A stretch of 64,000 nt of DNA from Chrysomallon squamiferum (lineage: Eukaryota; Animalia; Mollusca), in assembly GCA_012295275.1 (NCBI GenBank), contig CM022671.1:25234001-25298000 (forward strand). The letters are read 5' to 3'. The stretch's first letter is position 1, and each line of letters opens with the position of its first letter. Below are positions 59,129 through 64,000 of the stretch, piece by piece. The notes below the pieces were generated by a model, which was given only the letters and a program-made list of their open reading frames with translations, did not search any database and was not told where the DNA came from. The position numbers were made by a program, and so were the translations under genes.

Positions 59129-59470
59129 TACAGTTTAAAAAGAAAAAAAGAAAATAATATAAAAATTAAAACATTCAACGAGACAAGAACGAAAACAAGA
59201 ATGACAAATAAAATTACCTATCTCTCCAATAGGCACTTCTCGCATTCCACTGGACTGGCACTTTAGACCAATTCCACAGCGACAGACATATTCCTGTTTG
59301 CTAGGTGGAGTAGCATACGGTTGATAAATACATTCTGAAACAAAATATATCATTTTTATATTAGCGTTTATTAGAAACGCAATTATTAAATTTTACGTTT
59401 TGTAATGACTGAGCCTAAAGTCGTCTGAAAAGCAGTTCAATTTAGTGTTTTAATATTAATTAAATGAAGC

Positions 59471-59505
<35 letters not shown>

Positions 59506-61406
59506 TTTGAAAACTAGTAGGTGTTCCTTGAGACGGAGAGAACGAAATGATTATGTTTGTAAATGTACACCTACAAGTAGGGAAAACTGGGCACCTATGA
59601 GCCATGGTGACATTTCAGCCACGCCATAACTCCTGACTGCAAAATGGTAGATACATCTATCCACCATCCATGCAACTACTATGCATGTGACCTTCACCCA
59701 TACTGTTTAGAGAGCTGTGGAGAAGGTCATCAAGACACCATTTAAAAAGTAGGTTTTTGACTAGCTTGAGTAATTTTTTGTGTGTTTTGATTACATTTTA
59801 ATATTGAGGTGATGATACATATTTCATAGATCCCGTAAAGTTTTGTGTTTTTGTTAGTAATTTCTTTTGACTTCTAAATACAGTTTTAGTCGATCAGCCA
59901 TGTGGTTCTCTGGTACACTGGGCTAACATAATGAAAGTGGTTTTGGGGACCAATGAGCTACTTTGGAGTCCCATCAGCAGATGGCTCGTTTCAAAGGAAT
60001 ATATAGCTATAAAAATCAATGTTATTTTATAGATTATTAATTACTGCTTTTATTTTTCATCAGGTTAGACTAGAGTTCTATATCTGGTATAAAAAGAATG
60101 CCTAGAAATAAAGAATGGAAAATAGACAGAGGTCTTTTCTCAGCAGAGCTAATGAACTACATCGGTGCAATCACACAACCAAAAGATGACGATGGGGACT
60201 ATGATGTCCAGTTTCTCAGAAAATCTCCCAAGCACGCTGTGTAATGTGCATTTATTGAGGATGACCAGGAAGACATAAGCTTAATTGAGGCAAATTTGAT
60301 TTTGGGTGTCCTTCTTAAATGGGTTGTGCAAACTACGAAAAAGGCAGAAATGAATCATAAAATTCAGTGGCAATTTTAATCGGTTCAATCTTGATTAAGA
60401 TTCAGCATTAGTTTAGGACTATCGAAACTACACTGAAACCATGGAAACTGAGTCAATAGCGCAATAAGCCCTAGCCTGAGATCAGTGTGCTGAACATGTA
60501 ATTCACCCATTAGTTTATTACAGCATCTGCTTCTCAGATGAAATTTATGACAGGATTAAATAGAATTTCAAGCTAGATTCACTGTTTGAAATGGCTCACT
60601 GGTCCCTTACCCTGGGGCCCGATGAGCTATCACGACCAATGTTACATAAATGTCTCCTATAGCGATGTTGTTGAAGACAACATATCAAACGCTGCAATGT
60701 AATCGAGAGCAATAATGTCTCTAAAAGCATCACCAGTTTTCTATCAACAGCTAAGAATGTTTCGGTGAAATGGCCAAATATCTTTAAAATGGCTCACCTG
60801 CCCCAGTTTCCCCTATGTAGTTAGTAGGTAGGAAGGTAGTTATGTTCATATATGTATATATTTATACATCTTACAATACTAATAATAAGAAGAAAAAGAA
60901 GAAAAATGCTTACTTGAGCCCAGATCGCCCAGTGGACTACAGTAACCGTCCGCTGATCTACGTCTTCTTCCTCTAGGTCTGTTATACGTCAGACAACATT
61001 CATTCGGTGAACAGTCATCCGAGGTCTTGCATTTTCTCCTTTGTGAGAGAACATCTTCCAGAAGCAGCTAAACGTTAAAATCAAACTTTTTTAATTTGTT
61101 TTTTTTTCAGATGTTCTGCGTTTCAGAATCTGCTCTACGTCATTTTGTTTGATAAAATATCTAAATATATTGTCGACATTAATCTGTCTCTATCTCTCTC
61201 TATATATATATCTGCTTCAAAAAGCTTTTACATAACCAAAAGAACGTCCTGCTATTTTTTCATACATAAATTAATTAACAAACAACTAAGTAAGTAGTGT
61301 GTATGATATTAAACAGATAAACAAATGAACAATAGTTGTGAAGAGAATACAAAAGCATTACTGTACTTACTAGACAGACCAATATGGCGACGTACAAAGT
61401 CTTCAT
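57699..61406 (-). CDS. Two-domain prokineticin/astakine-like secreted protein, copy E (194 aa, 20 Cys)
   Basis: Exons 61406-61371, 61067-60914, 59334-59218, 59041-58892, 58349-58248 and 57724-57699 are GT-AG and in phase (585 nt). The second domain reads CDSDRDCGFFECCLMKNRPIGKRRKRSSSLGTCRPLGHQGDQCYVDHPQMCPRCRFGKFLQCVPTGMIDMPLGRIGTCEFERP. Confidence 0.82.
59580..60813. mobile_element. 1.23-kb TA-flanked non-autonomous DNA transposon in intron 2 of copy E
   Basis: The ends TA|gggaaaactgggcacctatgagccat and atggctcacctgccccagtttcccc|TA form imperfect TIRs, and related repeats occur internally (ggggaccaatgagcta, ggggcccgatgagcta). The element is absent from the homologous intron of copies A-D. 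Confidence 0.82.
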
Positions 61407-63409
61407 GTTTACTCTTTCCTGTGTTGTTATGAACTGAACGTAACAGCAAACGTGACTAAAACGGTATGACGACAACAATTTATTACAGTAACTTTGAATT
61501 GTTATTACTATTATTATTATTACTACTACTATTATTATTATTATATTTTTTTTTTTTTTTTTTTTTTTATTATTATTATTTTAATTTCCGATAACATGCA
61601 TGCAACCTTATAAAGTATAGGTCAGTTTAAATACGTTTTGTATACTTCCAAAAAGACTGTTTTAATATTACTGGCGACTATTCTATTCTAATAATTAAGT
61701 ATAATAATAAAATAACTAATTCGTGTTCATGCAAGTAGACTGCCGCCGTTTTATAAATTATTCTGATTACCTGGTGACAAGGAATATTCAATAAAATGGT
61801 CCAGATATAAATGTCACTTTTTTAAGTGTCGTATTTTCAAAATAATTTATTATTTTCTTTTCATTTTTAGCAACAAGATGGATGCAGAGACACAGCTGTG
61901 AGCTCAGAAGCAAAACCAAAATCTCTGAACTTTACTTTGCAACAAAAACGTGTTACAGTATCTTTATACAAGCGACATAAAATAACAGCTAGCATATGCG
62001 ACAGATCTAATCAAAAAAAACAAACAAAAAAAACAAAACATAAAACAAACCAACAATCTGTTTCAAGAATTAGCACGTTTGTCTCAAGTCGGCAGCAACG
62101 ATCACCAGCACTGAGTGGTAACACCTTGCTGTAGCTCTCCTCCACGTCACAAACTGCAGGCTTATCTCGATTGCAGTTTGGTTTGTTATTTTTCTGTTCA
62201 CAATTATAAAGAGCGCGGTGTCTTTGTCGACTGTAATTTTTAGCTAAAGAATAGTGTTATAAAAAAAAAAAATTAATATATTATGTTGTCAATGTGTTTA
62301 GCTGTTTTTTATTTCTGAGCTTTATGATAATATTTTTATGTCGTCTTTTGTTGAATGTTGAAGTCATTTAAAGGACGTTTTTGCTTGTTATTCTGAAGAT
62401 TTGTATTACGATTGTTTGTGTGTGAATGTAGCAGTTTCGTGAGAATTTTGATTTCTGAACTGTTTGACATTGAGTAAAAAGCCGTCGGTCGCAAATATGT
62501 ATGTACAGGTTATATTTTTCTGTCAGCAAAAAATTTGACAGATATAGATGCAGCAAAAATGAAAAGAGTACGAAAGAGAAATATGGAGAGAGGGGCATAG
62601 ATATAAAGATAAGACTGAGACATAGAAAGAAATTATTTAAGAAGAAGAAGAAGAAGAAAACAAAAAGAACTAAAAAATGAAATGGAAAAAGAAAACAAAA
62701 AAATTGCGAATTAGTTTAATATACGCTTTGAAAACGATAGAAATTGCTCTGTAAAAATAAAAATAAAAATGGGCCGCTTTTTACTCCACCGTGGTGTAGT
62801 CCTTATCACTATTTTAAATGAACATGTTGATTTACTCATAATTTCAGTTTTCAAATGAGATTTTTCATCTTAAGCTACCTTTTTTAACTGATATAATGCC
62901 AGAGTTAAGCCTATTTCTGAGATTCGCCTATGTGTTGCATTCTATACGACAAAAATGTTAATTGTCTTTTCATTAACATCGTGAGGATTCTCAGTGAAAA
63001 TCCAGTTACTGTAGCTGTCTAGAACACGTATTCTGTAATACTTTAGGAGAATGAGTCCAGCGGACCTGCCGTTTATCTGAAGTAGAACGTTTAATTCATA
63101 ACTACCAGCATACATAAGCAGTCCCAAAACTTGACAGCAGCATTTGCAATTACCGACATGAACATAGAGATGTATCGAAATTCGATAACATAAAAATGAA
63201 AGCCTTTTCAAACTGTCTGGACCCATTTGATTCTTCATTTGACAGAAACCGACTCTGTATTAACCTCAGGGCACAGTATCAGACGACATTGGAACTGATG
63301 TCCTTAGCTGAGAGCAAAAATGGCAGGCAAAATGGCGGCGTCCCGAGTTTGTTAAAGTTAAATACATATCTATTAAAACAGTAAAAAAAATAACTTTCAA
63401 GTATACAGA

Positions 63410-63912
63410 TCATGTTGTGGCTGCGAATAATTGCGTACGCAAAGCCCGCGGTTCAGAAGATTAATAACAAAAATCTGTTGAGGTCACGTGACTTCAACGG
63501 AACTTTCTGACTGGCTCAAACCGGTGTTGACAAACATTGGCAAACGTTAAATTTCAGCTGTTTTCAGTTAATTAATTAATATTCATGAGTATTAGCAACT
63601 TTCTTAACAATACAGTACAACTTTCGCACTAATAAAAAGCTTAATTTTTACATATAGTACATGTATGATGGATTAAAACTATATAAGATAATAGGTGTTT
63701 GTGCTGCAAAATGACAAAGGAATCAGTTTCTTAGTAGATAATGAAGGAAAAATACCTGCAGATTTTATTCCGATAATAATTCGTAACTTTTTTTCGTGTC
63801 AGTGCTGTCAAAGAAATCTTGGTGTCACTTCTATATGCATTTTTGGCTCTTTCTAATAATGTATAATGTTTTAGAAAAATAATAATTTTGAAAATTTTGT
63901 CGGTTACCTACT
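63410..63912. mobile_element. Non-autonomous DNA-transposon-like repeat, copy 3
   Basis: Nearly identical to 53850-54345 and followed by the same flank as copy D. Confidence 0.65.
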
Positions 63913-64000
63913 AGTAGTGTTAGTAATTGTAGTAGTAGGAGTCGTTGTTGTTGTTGTTCTGCTCTATCATTCTAATATGGAACAAACTAATTATCAAAGA

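Noticed and set aside
62942-63384. Short ORFs next to the transposon-like repeat as a host gene
   Set aside because: There are no recognisable motifs or consistent splice sites; the region is probably internal sequence of a mobile element.

Overview
This is AT-rich, microsatellite-laden animal genomic DNA with GT-AG introns; a mollusc-type invertebrate is my inference. There are no prokaryotic features, and most short ORFs in the track are microsatellite artefacts. Hand-spliced gene models, left to right: (1) a 12-coding-exon + strand gene (3453-12093, ~828 aa) with a TNKS1BP1/KIAA1671-like C-terminal-domain motif and repeated Pro-x-Trp-basic motifs. (2) An ~11 kb cassette in which two divergently oriented paralogues of an unrecognised family (19403-20155 -, 28908-30194 +; each with a CRE near a non-coding first exon) flank three tandem copies of an unrecognised ~170-aa CaaX (-CTIL) protein, one of them frameshifted. 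(3) An RPUSD4-like mitochondrial pseudouridine synthase (9 exons, -) with a long N-terminal extension. (4) A secreted protein with two PAN/apple-like modules. (5) A tandem array of at least five secreted 10-Cys prokineticin/astakine/colipase-fold genes (-), all with a Gly + polybasic convertase-type site inside the disulfide core; the last copy has two domains and a sixth copy probably starts beyond the window. The window also holds Tigger-like and other DNA-transposon remnants, minisatellites and a near-perfect 85-bp palindrome. All family assignments come from recognising motifs by eye; no database search was run.
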